This document shows, piece by piece, positions 37,351 to 50,924 of a stretch of DNA of 64,000 nt (position 1 is the stretch's first letter; each line of letters opens with the position of its first letter). Source of the DNA: Setoptus koraiensis (taxonomy: Eukaryota; Animalia; Arthropoda). The translations under genes and the position numbers were made by a program. The stretch covers positions 17,360,001 to 17,424,000 of the forward strand of contig CM106585.1 in the NCBI GenBank assembly GCA_048013815.1, written 5' to 3'. Under the pieces are notes generated by a model. It was not told the origin of the DNA. It was given only the letters and a program-made list of their open reading frames with translations, and ran no database searches.

Positions 37351-39729
37351 GTATGGCTTGGCTTGGCTTGGCCTAGCCTGCTCAGGTGTTGCTTGGTCGA
37401 TTATATGAGCTTCACCGGATTTACGCTGTCTTTGGAGCAGCTAGCTGGCGCAGCTTCTCGGTGGCGCAGCTTCTCGGAGATACTAGGATAGGCTGTTAGA
37501 TGCGTCAATGTTAGATGCAGCCTGGCGCACAATCTCTATCGCTGGGTGTCTCGAGAGGCGCCACATTATTCAATTGGGTGTTGTTATTATTATCGATGAC
37601 CCAAATAAATAAACCTGTCAACGGGCGCCATACTTACTTGTGATAAGTTACTGCCGGGCGCCTGATGGTACACAACGGATTACAATGACATTCATTGGAA
37701 TAGATGGTCGGCCGATGATGACCCACCAAGCGGGCCCCTGGTGCTTGAGTGTTAATTGAACGGCATGACTGCAGATGGCAACCATGAGGTTATAAATGGC
37801 CGGCCGACAGCAGCGCACAGTTAGTTGGTGACCCGTCCAACATTTATCCGTCGATGGTCGATGGCGGCCATGAATCACTCGCCAATATAAAATATATAAC
37901 TCCATGCGAGCGTGCCAAGAGCCACAAATGACCTCAATGTTGGTTGTGTCTCTCGCCGCCAGGTGAAGAGAGCAGCGGCCAGAGTTGGCAGTGTTTTGGT
38001 TGTTGTGCAAGTGAGAGCGAGCATTGCCAGTTGAAAGCACAAATTGGCTCAACGCCAACTTGTGCGACATTGATATAAGAATTCTTTTTTTATATTCTCT
38101 CTCGAAGAGGTCGGCTTGCTGCGAATTGGAGGTTGCTCCAATTCGATTTGCATTTCGCGCGACTCAACTGCAAACTTTTATTTGCCTGTGTGCAACTAAC
38201 AAAACTGACGAAAATGTTTCAAAATGACTGACTGTCAAGTTGACAATATCAACGCAGCAATTCCAGCAATGCCACCAGCGACTAAAAGGCAGCGATTCTA
38301 TGAGCTTTATGAGTGTGATATTTTGATATTTGCACCTTCATAAGTGAATACAAAACAGCAAAAAGTTTCAGCATTTCGCACTCATATCTCACCGTGTGTG
38401 CAGTAGTTATTTACTAGTTTATTCGCAGCAAATGGGCTAGATGAGCTGATCACAGGGGCTCACAATGAGTGATAAATTAGTTGCCAGTGATAAACAAATA
38501 AATATGTTACATACGACGAACCCGTGACACGCAATACCGTCGCCACTACAAGTAATAGCATCACTAATATGGATGGCATCGCTGTGCACTCACCACAGCG
38601 CATAGCGACGCCATTCATCGCTGGGTCTATAGCGACATTTGCGAGCTTCGTAAATGATAGTTATCGATGCTGCCTGTACACACAGTACACCAATATTGAC
38701 ATCAAGTGAGACGACTTGTCTTTGTCAGTTTCGCCCAAACAAAGTTGTTTTTCGCGCTGTGATATTTGCGTTTGTGATTGAAAAGTCAGTGTTTAAAATG
38801 TAAATTCGAGCCGGCGACAATCACAGCGACGACAATACTTGTCAGTGGGACAATGGCGTGCCGCTGATTGCGCACATCAACTCAATCATTGTGTCGATTG
38901 TCGTTGTTGTCGCCGTTGTTGTTGCTGTTGCGGATTTTGTTGCTGTTGCGGTTGTTGTTGGCGTTGTTGCTGTTGACAGTGACAGCCACCAAAAACGGAC
39001 CAGGTGACAACAAACAAACACAAGGTGAGCGAAACTGTTGCTTCTTTGCATCACACTCACAAACTGAACAGCTGACGCGCCGACAAACGCCTGACGTGAC
39101 GATGACGACAGGGCACATTTTGCCTCTGGAGATGTCGCACGAAATGGCTTGTTTGCTTGTTTGCAATTGTGTGCGTGTGCGTGTGCGCCTACGGGGCCCC
39201 ACAAACACTTGCCGTGATTTAAGCCGCACATTGTTGCGTACATAGATGAGTCATAACAAGGCGAGCAATAAGCATTTTTGACGCATTTGCATAATTTTTA
39301 TTTAGCTCATTTGTTATACATGCCGCTGTTGCTGTTTGGGTGTGCGCCAGTTTTATGAGCTTTATAATGCGCGCGCAGTGTTGCCAGATATTGCATTGCT
39401 TGGCATGAGTTTGCTTTGGTTCGTTTGATTGGTTCTGACATGGCTGCAATATAGCCGCCTAGCCGATAGTTGACAGCCAACAGCTGACATGTGACAGCCA
39501 ACAGCTGACATGTGACAGTTGACAATTGGCTTGCAACAGTCAATTGAGTGTAACGTGCAACTGCCTTTGTGCATTATACGATTAACTTATTGCATAATCA
39601 TAACTTGGCCCCTTGATGGCTTCCTGTTTTTGTGCGTCGGAACAGTCAGTGTTATTGCAATCATAGCTTATGCTTATATATCATAACACCATTATATAAC
39701 AGGCCCGTTATATAACAGTGCGACGCAGT

Positions 39730-39804
39730 GGACAGCGCGATACCGGACAGTGCGATACCGGACAGTGCGATACCGGACAGTGCGATACCGGATAGTGCGA
39801 TACA
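39730..39804. repeat. 15-bp tandem repeat GGACAGTGCGATACC x5
   Basis: Direct reading; first and last units are degenerate. Confidence 0.9.
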
Positions 39805-40576
39805 GTGGACAGAGGCCAATAGCAATCGATGGGGCCGAGACTTTTTTTCTTTATGTTTATTTATTATTGGCCCATGATGTCACTGGCCATGTCACTGGGC
39901 ATGAATAACGCGCCGCACAAAAAGACAAAGCAGCCAATTAATGGGTTCAGCGAAATGGCTCACATACTCGGGACAAGAACGTTGCGTCACTTGTCATTTT
40001 CTTCTTTGCTGGCCGGCCGGCCGCTCGTTGCGAAAGGACAAGTGATTATAACTGACACTGTTGGGCCCACAACAAGCGAATGAACAAGCGTCTCTCACAA
40101 GTTGTGAGATTAGGTGGTCGCATCAGCGATGCATTTATTCACTTTTATTTTTTGACGTTATTGGATTAGGATGAGCAGTTGGCAGTTGGCAGTTGTTAAC
40201 AACGTGCAAACATGACAACTAGCCCTGTGTTTAGCTTAGCGCTCATGCAAACGGTTTATATTAACTATGCTAATGAGTCGACAAACCGAGATACATATTT
40301 TGTTGTTGCGTCTGTCAGACAAAGTTGTCAGATCTAATTTGTCTGACAATATGATAATATGATAATATGTTTTCAGAGCACACTGTGCCGTGTGTGTCAA
40401 TACTGGGCTAGCCAGATTATTGGCCACACTCACAGTCAGAGCTGGCCCATTAGCTGCCACCATCAACATCATCAAGCCACGCAGCTGCCAATGATGACGG
40501 CCGGGCGCCCCAGGCCAAACGCGTCACCGTTGTGTCATGTTTGCACTGTATTCCACTTTTGCACATATCGCGCACC

Positions 40577-40696
40577 TCGCAGTTCGCAGTTCTCGGATCG
40601 CAGTTCGCAGCTCTCAATTCGCAGCTCTCAATTCGCAGCTCTCAATTCGCAGCTCTCAATTCGCAACTCTCAATTCGCAGTTCGCAGTTCGCAGTT
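40577..40696. repeat. 14-bp repeat TTCGCAGCTCTCAA x5 (40604-40673) flanked by 7-bp TTCGCAG units
   Basis: Direct reading. Confidence 0.9.
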
Positions 40697-41475
40697 GGCG
40701 ATTCTCGGATGGCGGCTCGCAAAGCACGCCAGGCGAGCAGAAAAAAAGCTGCTCCAGTTTTCAAAACTATTTTTCTAGCGCATCATGCATTTTTCAGGGC
40801 TGTCTTGCTGATGAAACATCCTGTTTCGCTCGCTGAAATTGTCATCGTTCGGTTAACGGCGCAAAACGCACATATTGTTCGTCAGCTGGCAAACAACAAA
40901 CTGCACTTATGTCTCTATGCCGAAATACACGTTCTATCAACCCTTTTGGCAACTGGCTCGCCAACCCGACGCGCCGCGCCGCGCCGCAACGACAACCCGA
41001 AACGCCGGCGCGACAACCCGAAAAGAAGCTACTTGAGGTTTTTTCAAACTTTAGAGAGCATGTTGAGTGTTGGCGGACAAGTCAACGCACCGAGTTAATT
41101 TTAACGAGCTTCCAACAGAGCGCCTGCGACGGAATGGCGATTGAAAGTTTCAATTTGAAACAACCAAGTGGTTTGCAGCAATCATTGGGCACAGTCAAGT
41201 GGCCGCTGCAAAGCGATCGCTTGAAATATCATTAACTGATTGAAACAAAAGTGCTGCAGTCTGGCCTCCGTTGGCCACTTTTAGTCTGATGCCTGCCATC
41301 GGCCGACAGGTCACTCTCTGGCTGTTTTCTCAATAATGTTTGTCGCCATTTCTAGCGATATTTCTAGTATAATTGGCTGCATCTCGCAAGTTACGAGTCG
41401 CAGCAATAATCGAGTTGTAGTAATAGGTAGCCGTAGTAATAGTACAGAGAGAATGGGACAAAACGAGCTACTTAC

Positions 41476-44363
41476 GATCGGTCCATCTTGAAGGAAATGA
41501 GCACCATTATGTTGCCTATGACAGTGATTAAATTCAGCGTGCCAGCGACAACAATAATGAATATTATCTCTGCCATGTTCCATTGTTTGTCAATGCTAAA
41601 CATGAGAAAATTTTCGGCTGCTGCCGTCGACTGGTTGCTTGCTGCTGTTTGACTAGTTGCTGCTGCTGTTCTGTTATTATCTTGCTGATTATCTTGTTGC
41701 TCTTGATACAAATTTTGTTTGTTGTTGTGTGCCGTTGCATCATCGTAATCGGCCTCGTTGGCGCTTGAGTTGACACTGTCGCTGATTGCTCTTAAATTAT
41801 TATTATTATTATCATTTGTTTGTGTGACGGCCGCCTGGCGATATCGCACATCTCTGGCCCCATCCGCTGTGGAATGGCCGGCCGAATCGGGGGGTGTGTC
41901 CAGCGCTGAGTCGGCTGAGTCAGCTTGGCGAGGCCAGGAATGATCGGCGCTGCTCGCTTGCTGGTGCTGGCGAGCTTTGGCAAGCTCGTCGGGCCGGCTG
42001 TGCTGGTGGGCGCGACGACGGGCCGCATCGAAACTGGACCGCAGCCAATCGTCGTCGTTCTCTTCGTCAACTATGAGCGTGCGACCGGGCGCCGCCCTCG
42101 CATCGATGTCTGAGCCGTTGTCCGACGACTTGAGCCCGTTTGACGACAATTGAAACAAATCTCGTCTCCGCTGACTGTGCAGCGGCAATCCATCGCTGGC
42201 CAACGCACCATTGTCAACCTGTCGTCGGGGCCCCATTGCTGCTGGCATGGTTGCTGTTGGCGCCACCGTAGCGGACTTGGCAAAGTTGACGGGCGCTGTT
42301 GTGTTTGGGCTGGAAATTGCGTTTGTGTTTGCAGCAAACCCGGCAACGGAATCAGGCAGCGGCCCGCCGGTCAGCGGGCGCTCAGTCGGCTGTGTCACAC
42401 TTATTATTCTTGTCGGTCTTGTATTCAAAGCGGGCTCATTTAGCCAGTTGTTGTTGTCGTTTTGGGTGACCGGAGTGTGCGACATCCTGTTGTTGCGGCT
42501 GCTGCTGTTGTTGTCGTGGTTGTTGCTGTTACTGTCGCTGTCGCTGTTTATCTCGACCTTGATGGAATGGGGCGCGTCCAAATCACTGCTGTTGGCCATA
42601 TAATCACGGCCGAAACCGTTATTATTATTGTCCACTGGTGGCTCGCTACTAATAAGCTGCTTGGTCGCTAGTGTGGCACCACTGTCACTCTGGCCAGTTC
42701 GGCCAGTCTGGTCAGTCCGCTTGCCGGCCAGCAGCAGATTAGTAGCCAGATTAGTTGTGTTAAGCTTGTTAGTCAAATCGTGATTATTGTCGCCCTCGTT
42801 GACATTAACTGGCCAGCCAGCGTGTTGAATCTTGTCGCTGCTTGTTGGCCGCCCGAACAGTTGACCGACGTTGCCATGCTGATAGTCGCTTATTTTGGCC
42901 CCAACAAGCTCAAGTTGCGCAACTTGTTGTTCACTGTTATTGTTGCCGTCGTTGTTGCCGTTGTTGTTGCTGTTGTTGTGCCGTGGGCCGACAGTTGTTG
43001 CGCAAGCAGCATGTGAACAGAGATAACAAGTCAGCAGCAGTAATGAGCAAACTGTTATTGTCAATAGTTTATTGTTGTTGTTGTTGTTGCTGCTGCTGCT
43101 GCTGCAATCCGCTACTCGCTTGCTGTTCCTTCTCTGGCCACTGATGGAATAATTTTTTTCTTGTCGCTTGGTGACGCCAAGACTTGATGTGATGGTCGTA
43201 GTTGTTGCTGTTGTTGTTTTGTTGTGACCCGTGGCACCTTTTTTGTCGCAGTGGCGACAATCAAAATGATGATGTAATCTGGAATAGGAGTCAAGTTGGT
43301 CAAGATTGCATCTGCCACTGACACCGTTACCTGTGTTAGGGCTGCCATATGAAAGCTGCGGCTTTTGTGGGCCCCACAAACGGCAATTAGTTTTTGAATT
43401 GTCTCTGTTGGTGCTGTTGTGGTTGTTGTTGTTGCTGCGGTCGTTGTTGTTGCTGTTGTTGTTGTTGATGATGATGTTGGCCTTGTTGCCAACTAATGAG
43501 CCGCCCATATCACAAGTCACGACGCCAGCACGAGGCCCAGCCAGCCCAAAAAACTGGCCGCAACATTTTGCCGCCAGGCCCATGCAAGATGAGGCCAAAT
43601 TAATTGATATCTGGGTTAAGTCGCTTCTGGTAACTATTTGGGCACTGCTACCGCTATTATCACAATAACGACAACAACAACAACAACAACAATCTCTATA
43701 ATGGTGTTTTGTGTAATTCGAACGTGGCAAAACATTTTGTTGTTGTAAATCATCAACGGCGTCTAACCAGCGACTCAAGACATTTGTTTGGTTTGTTGTT
43801 GCGTGCATTTCATGTGTTTTCCTATTCATATTTTCGCTTCTTTTTCGGCGCCTCTTCTTCTTTTTCTTTTTCTTCGTACGCTTCTTTTTCTTCTTTTTTG
43901 TTGTTCTATCAAGTTGTTGTTCACTATTAATCGCTCTTGTTATCATCATATCTTGTTGTTGATGATTCTTTCTAGTCGTAGTGCCAGTGGTCACCCTTTG
44001 CAAGGGCTCAACCACGAGCAAATTTGATTTTTCTCTTTCGATCACAGTCTCTGATAAATAAATTGCTTCTTGCTCTTCGTCGTCTTCTTTTTCGTCTTGC
44101 CACTGAGCCTGTCGGCGAGCTTGTCGTGCTTGCTGTCGTTGGTGTGATGCCGTCGCGTGGTCGCAATCGTCGCTGGCCCAACGGTTTTTGCTACTCGTGC
44201 TCGTATATTCGCAGTCTGAATTATCCCCTATTGCACTGTTTGGGGCCAGCTTAGTGTGCCGTATTGTGCTGTTTGGGGCCAAGCGTGTGGCCGAGAGTTG
44301 CAATTGGGCGCGCTCAACTGGGCTGTCATGATGGTCAACAAGGTAATTGCACATAACAGTCAT
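41476..44363 (-). CDS. mAChR-A: Muscarinic acetylcholine receptor, A-type: coding exon 1 (very long N-terminus + TM1)
   Basis: 2.9-kb open frame starting at an ATG in strong Kozak context (CACCACCATG). It ends in TM1 MAEIIFIIVVAGTLNLITVIGNIMVLISFKMDR followed by the donor GTAAGT. The 3' end is secure; the true start site is less so. Confidence 0.82.
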
Positions 44364-47300
44364 GGTGGTGACATTGACTTACTGCTTATTCAATAGCACG
44401 GGCAATGGCTAATAACTGACTCGTAATAGCCGACAAGTGCTCGCTACAACAGTGCTCACTCATTGTGACCGATCAATCCATCACCAGGTAATTCTTTCTC
44501 TATTGAGCACTGCAAGTAGCTTGTTTGCATATAGTTTGCGGACGATTTGCATTAAATTTGCAACAAACTCCGCTGACAAACCAATTCAGCACTGCTTAAC
44601 AAGGCCAACCAGACCAGCCAGAAAAGCACCTAATACGGCTAGTATTGTGTCATAATGACCACACATTAATGGATAATTGATTTCAATGCCAAATGACACC
44701 AATAAATAAATGACTAATTGAGTTAGGAGCGCTGACGATGAGCAATTAATTAACCTATCGCTTGATACTGATAAATTTAATCTTGTTCGGCTTGTTGACG
44801 CTTCGCTGGCTGTCGGTTCGATTGGTGTCCAAGTGTGACCTTCGCAGCAGCATGTTGGGCCGACCACGGAATCGCGCTCGAACAATCTTTTGTTCTGTTT
44901 CAAATGGCGCGATATGATATTTTTATAATTCTTTTGGCAAGCAAATTTCGACGCGCATCTAAAGCGGCTGTCAGTTGGCGAGAGCGACCATTAAGCGTTA
45001 AATTGTAAATTCTTATTGATCATTCGCTACTTGATGTCTTATTCTTGTGCGCATCACAACCAACAGCAACTATTTAGCACTCGCAAGTATGGGCTCGCTT
45101 GAATATTTATTCTTGAATTCTAGACAAAACTTTCTTTCTTTCTTTTTATTCTTTTAGCTCTTGTTCAATGCGCTCCAAAGCAACCGCAAATCGTATTTTC
45201 AGGTTGTGTAACCAAGTGTGCGTGTGTGACGTAACCTGAATTACGACAACGATGATCACAATGGGCTCACACAAAGAGCAAACTACTACACTCGACAGGT
45301 AGCAGTAGTTGTGACTTATTGGACTGTGTGGCTAAATGACTGGCTCACCACAAACAGATACACGGTGTGTGTGTGTGTGTGTGTGCGATAATTTGCATAA
45401 AATTACACTAACTATCATGTGATGATGATTGAACTTTTGACATTTTCATTATTGTTATTGCTTTCGTTTTTCGTTTATTTTTATTGCTAGCATCAACTTT
45501 ATTTTGCTTGGCATTGCTTGTATTTCTCGTGTGTTCTAGTGTGTGATTATTAGGTGTGTGTGTGCTGGATGTGAGCTGGATGTCATGCATCGATGATGAC
45601 GATGATGATATTAGGCGCTCGATGATGATTGATCAGCGTAATATCTTGATGATAATGACAAATGACTTGAGCGTCGCAATGCCGCCAGTGCAATATGGAA
45701 TGATGCTGCCGCCGCCGCCGCTGGGGCCACTTGATCAAATTCACCGATGACGATCATGCAACAAATCAACAACAACAACGACACTGCAACTTCAACTGCC
45801 ACATCGATAACATTCTTGCATCATGCGAGTCAATCATGTTGTTATAAATGCACCAAATAACTCGCTTCCTCATGAATTCTTTTGTGTAATATGGCTACGA
45901 TTATATTTTTCTTCTTCGTCTTCTCTTTTTCGCTCAATCTTGTCTTAATACAAATTATAAATTATAATATTTATTATAAATATAAATATACTTATCACCA
46001 CTTATTGATCTGTAGCTAACACGTCGGTAGTTGCCAATTGGCCACGGGCAATTGAACGAGATCTCATGTCGGTTGTTCGGGGTCAGCCGAACAGCAGCAG
46101 CAGCAAACTTTGGGGCATTTTCGTTCGTTTTTGTCGCTTCTTTTGTCGGATAATTCTTACTTTGTGAGTGTGTGTCTCCCAGTCATGACGGGTTTTTGCT
46201 TGATTTGTCGCTTCGCTTTTGCGTCAACACCCGACACTCGAGAAACTTTCTGTCTTAACTTTGTGTTTTAATAACTGCTCATCGAGCAGCTCACTAAAGA
46301 TGAATATTTGGTTTAGTCGGGGGGCAATATTAGCTGGAGCAATATGTGAACAGAGGCAACTAGTACGGTTGTGCCGCTAAATAGTTTGTCATATCTTATA
46401 TATATTATAACAAGACAACAACAATTTTTTAGCTGCGGCTGTGCTCGTCTGCATATCGGCTCATAGCGCACATGCCCCCAGTATCAGCGACGCATGGGGC
46501 CAACTCTTGAGTTTAAACTCTTGAGTCGACGAGTATAAATTTGAATTCTTCGAGCGAGTGTATGGATATGAGGCAATATATGCAATGTCAATAATTTGCT
46601 CGTTTGATGATGCTCTTAATTCTTGTTTCGTGTCTGTGTTTTTTCTCGGCGAGCTCGGCAACTGGCACACACACGGTCGATGGCTTGCGCTTTTTATCAC
46701 TCGGCGTTATCTCGACTAGCGAATTTGTTCGCTGGGCGCCTTCTTTCCTGTTCTCTCCTTTCAGGATAATTGTTGTTGTTGCTTCGGCTGCTTCGGTTGC
46801 TTCGGCTGTTGTTGTTGTTGCTGTTGTTGTGACGGCTCAAATGATGACGCCCGCCTGCGCTCTATATCCTGTGTGTGTGCACTGCTGTCTTGTGTCGCTA
46901 GTTGGCTACGCGATCATCAATCTTATCGCCACTACTCATTCAATTAAGCCCACCGTTCTAATGATCAATTCTTCTTCTTCTCTCATCCGTTCATTCATTC
47001 ATTCATTTGCGCTTGTCGATTCTTTTAGATGCTATCGTTGCGCGCGTCTCATCGCATCGAACAAAATCGAAGAGAATCAAATTGAATCAAATTGAATCGA
47101 ATCAAACGCAATCAAATCTTGTCGCTCGCTGGCTCACTCGCTCGTGTGTGTGCGTGTGCGTGTGCGTTGTTTCCACGAACAAGTGACGCAACGAGGGCGC
47201 AATCGCAATCGCAGGCGCACAACATTCCAATTCTGATTCTAGAGACCAAAACGCATGCGCCAATCACTTGTTTGTCGCCTCTCTTGTCGCCAAGCCAGCT

Positions 47301-50300
47301 CACTTTGCAACGCAAGAGGCACAAAAAGAGCGACGGGGCCCCACACACACGCACACACACACTCACACGACATAGGGCCGACAAAACTTTTGTCAAATTC
47401 AAATATGGCGCGCAAAACTTGCCCATCGTGAATAGACATGGAGCGATTGACCTTGTGAGTCGCCATCATGCTCATCATATCCTCTCGTCCATCCTAACCA
47501 TCAATGACAATCGCAGCAATATGTCACACATCCGACAATCTGGTTGTGAGTCTGCCTTAGAAACTGTAAAGAGTCTGTCTCAGTGATGATTTTTGTGTGA
47601 GGCTCACGAGCGAAAATTGGTCGCAAAGTTTATAAGAAAATGTTATCACTGATAAGTTATCAGTGATAACTTATCAGTTTATGAGCATAAATATTGTGCA
47701 AAAATGATAGATTTGTGTAGACGGCGCTGTCGAATTGGTGCTGGCAAAAGAGTTGCAAAATGTCACAAATGTTGAGCTGACACAAACAGTACGGTACTGA
47801 AGCCCACAATCAATGACACTGATTATGCTAGGCGTGATTGCACAATAAATGAGAGAGCGGCCACTAATTATGACGGCAATTAACCAGTCGATAGTCATAA
47901 GTCAGTCGTGTGATGATTGCGTTCACTGTCATTGATCTGGATATTGTTGGACAAGCTCAATTGAAGCTGATACAGTGAAGCTCGCATATTCTTGCTCTAT
48001 TTATGCCATTATGAATACTGTGGCACAATAACAATAAATAATTTGCGACAATAAATAGATGGAGCAACAACTAATGCAATTGGAACAACAGACGCAGTCA
48101 TATTTTATCATTGTCGCCAGCATTATTCTCATGCAGCCGACACAGGCAACACAAGCTGATACAAGAAGTGGCAAGGAGAGTCGCTCATCATCCGTCGTCT
48201 AATTATTGATGTTGTCTCAATGGTGGCATTGACAATAATTCAAGAGCACTCGAACAACAGCAACAGCAACAACACAAACAACGACACCAACAACGACAAC
48301 GACAACAGCAGCGTATTTATACATTTTGTATTTGTATGCTTAAATATAAATGTACTGTGTTATATAGCTCACTGCTCGTCACTACTCGGCGAGCTCGTTC
48401 ACAGTTCAATTAGTCGTTTTTGTTTGGCTAAATTTTGTCATAGAGGGAGCAGTAGTAGCAGTAGTGCAAGTAACACTGGCAAGCTCGCCAAAGTTGCAAG
48501 TCGAAATACATTGACATCACAATTGTAGCTGTTCAGTTTATGTCTCGAGATTATCCTCTAAATTATCATGCTCTAGCGTACTCTGGTGGCCAGTAGCGGT
48601 ATCTCGATGAAGTAGGCTAGCAACTTTAGGTAACAAATGACAATATTGATTTTTCAAAGTCACTATTTGCCACAAACACACATACAGACTCTGTAATGCA
48701 GAGGTCACAAGTTAGCTTTGTAACTGACACCCCGTTTGCTACATAATGAGCCCGATATATTTCGCACAAATCGCTGTGTGCAAATGTCACATACATAGCG
48801 ATATATGAGTGTGGCATGGCTGACGTTAGGGGAAAATTGTTTGCAAACAAGCAGTCAGCCAATCATAACCAAATCCGATCCATCAGCGTTTGTATCCGAC
48901 GTGCAAAAAGAAATAAAGTTAATGACCCCTGAATCGTTGTTGTTGTTGTTGTTGTTGCTGCTGGTGGTGGTGTTTGGTGCATAGAGCAGGTCGCTAGAGT
49001 GGCTAGTGGAAACTTGTAATAGTAACCTAGTGGCGCCTAGCGGTGCTATAATAATCGCAAATTGAGTGTATGCTCAACAATGATGATCGAAAAATAACCA
49101 GAAAATGCCCAACAAGCAGCAATCTAAGCACCGTGATCTAGATAATTCAAGTCACAGCGCATCGGAGCCCCTGACAGCCAGCTCGTGTTTGCACTGTTTG
49201 GGGCCAGATCATATTGCTAGTTACGATTCATATCATCTTATCTCTTATCGCTGCAGCTACTTTGAGGCGCTATCATCATTTAATAGCAGCTAATAGTGCG
49301 AATAACGGCCAGATCAATTTCGTGCCCGTTGCAATGCCCATTGCGCAATGGGCACGCAGTGTGTTTGCAAGACACGTGCAAAATGCGTGCCTCTGTTTGT
49401 ATGTGCTGACCACTTGAGGCGCTCACTTTGGCTCGCTCGCTGGCTGCCAAGTATTTGCCGACAAAATAAACATCAACATAGCGCTATATAGGACTCGTGG
49501 GGCCAATTGGATAATAGAGGGCGCCTGCTAAATTGAATCGAGCGCCAACTTGATGAAGGGGCCCCTTACCTATGTGTTGTCATCATGCGAACTATTGTTT
49601 GTGGCGCTATTTTCGCTATTTTCGAAGGACAGTTGGCCGACTGCGATTTAATTTTGACGGCTGCGCCAGCAAATCAACTCGAGCAACTCCGTTTGTGTTT
49701 GTATTTGTGTTTGTGTTTGTGTTTGTGTTTGGGGCCATAAAGTTTGTGCCGAGCGACAGTTGTCACAGAGCGCATAGCGACGTTGGCGCACAAGAATATC
49801 ATATTTGGATGTTGCATTTGGATATTATGTGCGCATATGAATTGGTAATTGTGGTATGCAGTGGTAAAATGTGACACAACAATCGTGATGACATGCGAGC
49901 GCTCGATGACAACGGCAACAACAACAACAGACAGACAGAGATGAAGAAAAAATGAAAGGAAACGAAATGCAAACTGATTCTCAATGATGATTATCGTCGT
50001 TGTCATTGGCGCTCCCATTAGTCGCTTGAGCTTGTTTCGATCGCAATTATTCAATTCATGTCGACGACTGCAGCTAACGAGATTACAAGTCGCCAGCCAC
50101 TGTGGCGCCCACTGTACGGGCATTTACGTATTTGCCCAGACGATCTATCTTCGTGTCTGGCGAGCGGCTCGGCGGGATCAGTTGCGCGGATATTCATAAA
50201 TAAGAGTCATGACAGAGTTAAAAGTTAAGCTCAGTCATATTGTCAAGTGAAACAAGTCGAGCAGCACGACATTGACAACCAACTTGGCTCTTTGTTATGT

Positions 50301-50872
50301 AAGCGAGGCCAGCAGCAGCAGCAACAACAACAACGACTTCACTAGTGATATGGCGAGCTCAAAAGGGGCCCTCGGCCTGTGTCTAGCTCAAATCTAAATT
50401 TAAACTTGTGTGCATTGTGTTTTTTACATACATTATACCAGACATTACATGAATGGAGATAGTTGCAAGCAGACACACAAAGATGGGAAGGCAAAAATAA
50501 ACAGCAAACCACCTCAGCGTGTCCAACCGCTCGGAGTGCCGTTGAAAGTGTTGAGTCAACTGACACACTATAATATTATAATATATATACAATAATATGT
50601 GCAACGGATTGTGCAGCGGAACAACGGATTACAACATTATGTAATTTACATAGGAACAGGGATAATTACATTGTACATAATCTGTGCCGGGACAGTGATT
50701 TCGCTAATTGTTACAGCGGGCTTTTAGAGAAAATTGTTATCTAGCAGATAATTATTAGTGCAGCAATATGAAAGGCGTGCAAGTCTCGTGTCTCGTGTCT
50801 CGTGAGCCGGTTGCGCCAGACACGAGACAGAGCAATTTATTCAGACCTTTTTCTGGGCTTTTTTTCCAACTC

Positions 50873-50924
50873 TTTTCAAACCTTTTTTCAAACCTTTTTT
50901 CAAACCTTTTTTCAAACCTTTTTC
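50873..50924. repeat. 12-bp tandem repeat TTTTTTCAAACC, ~4 copies
   Basis: Direct reading. Confidence 0.85.

Larger units (their letters stand above)
22490..41475 (-). other. Intron 1 of the muscarinic receptor gene (18,986 nt, phase 2)
   Basis: Donor TC|GTAAGT at 41475 and acceptor AG at 22491-22490. Splicing gives continuous [12 protein letters not shown]. Confidence 0.9.

Noticed and set aside
36832-37491. 219-aa ORF with FGSVR repeats (and 36995-37408)
   Set aside because: Translation of the stop-free (GGTTC)n array, with no coding context.
45611-45802. Signal-peptide-like 63-aa ORF upstream of the receptor
   Set aside because: Starts at GTG with no in-frame ATG, has no usable donor, and the hydrophobic run comes from a (TTG)n repeat.
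8641-49378. CACGTG clock E-boxes (8641, 24904, 33964, ~34114, 49373)
   Set aside because: Fewer than expected by chance, so they give no support for CLK/CYC regulation.
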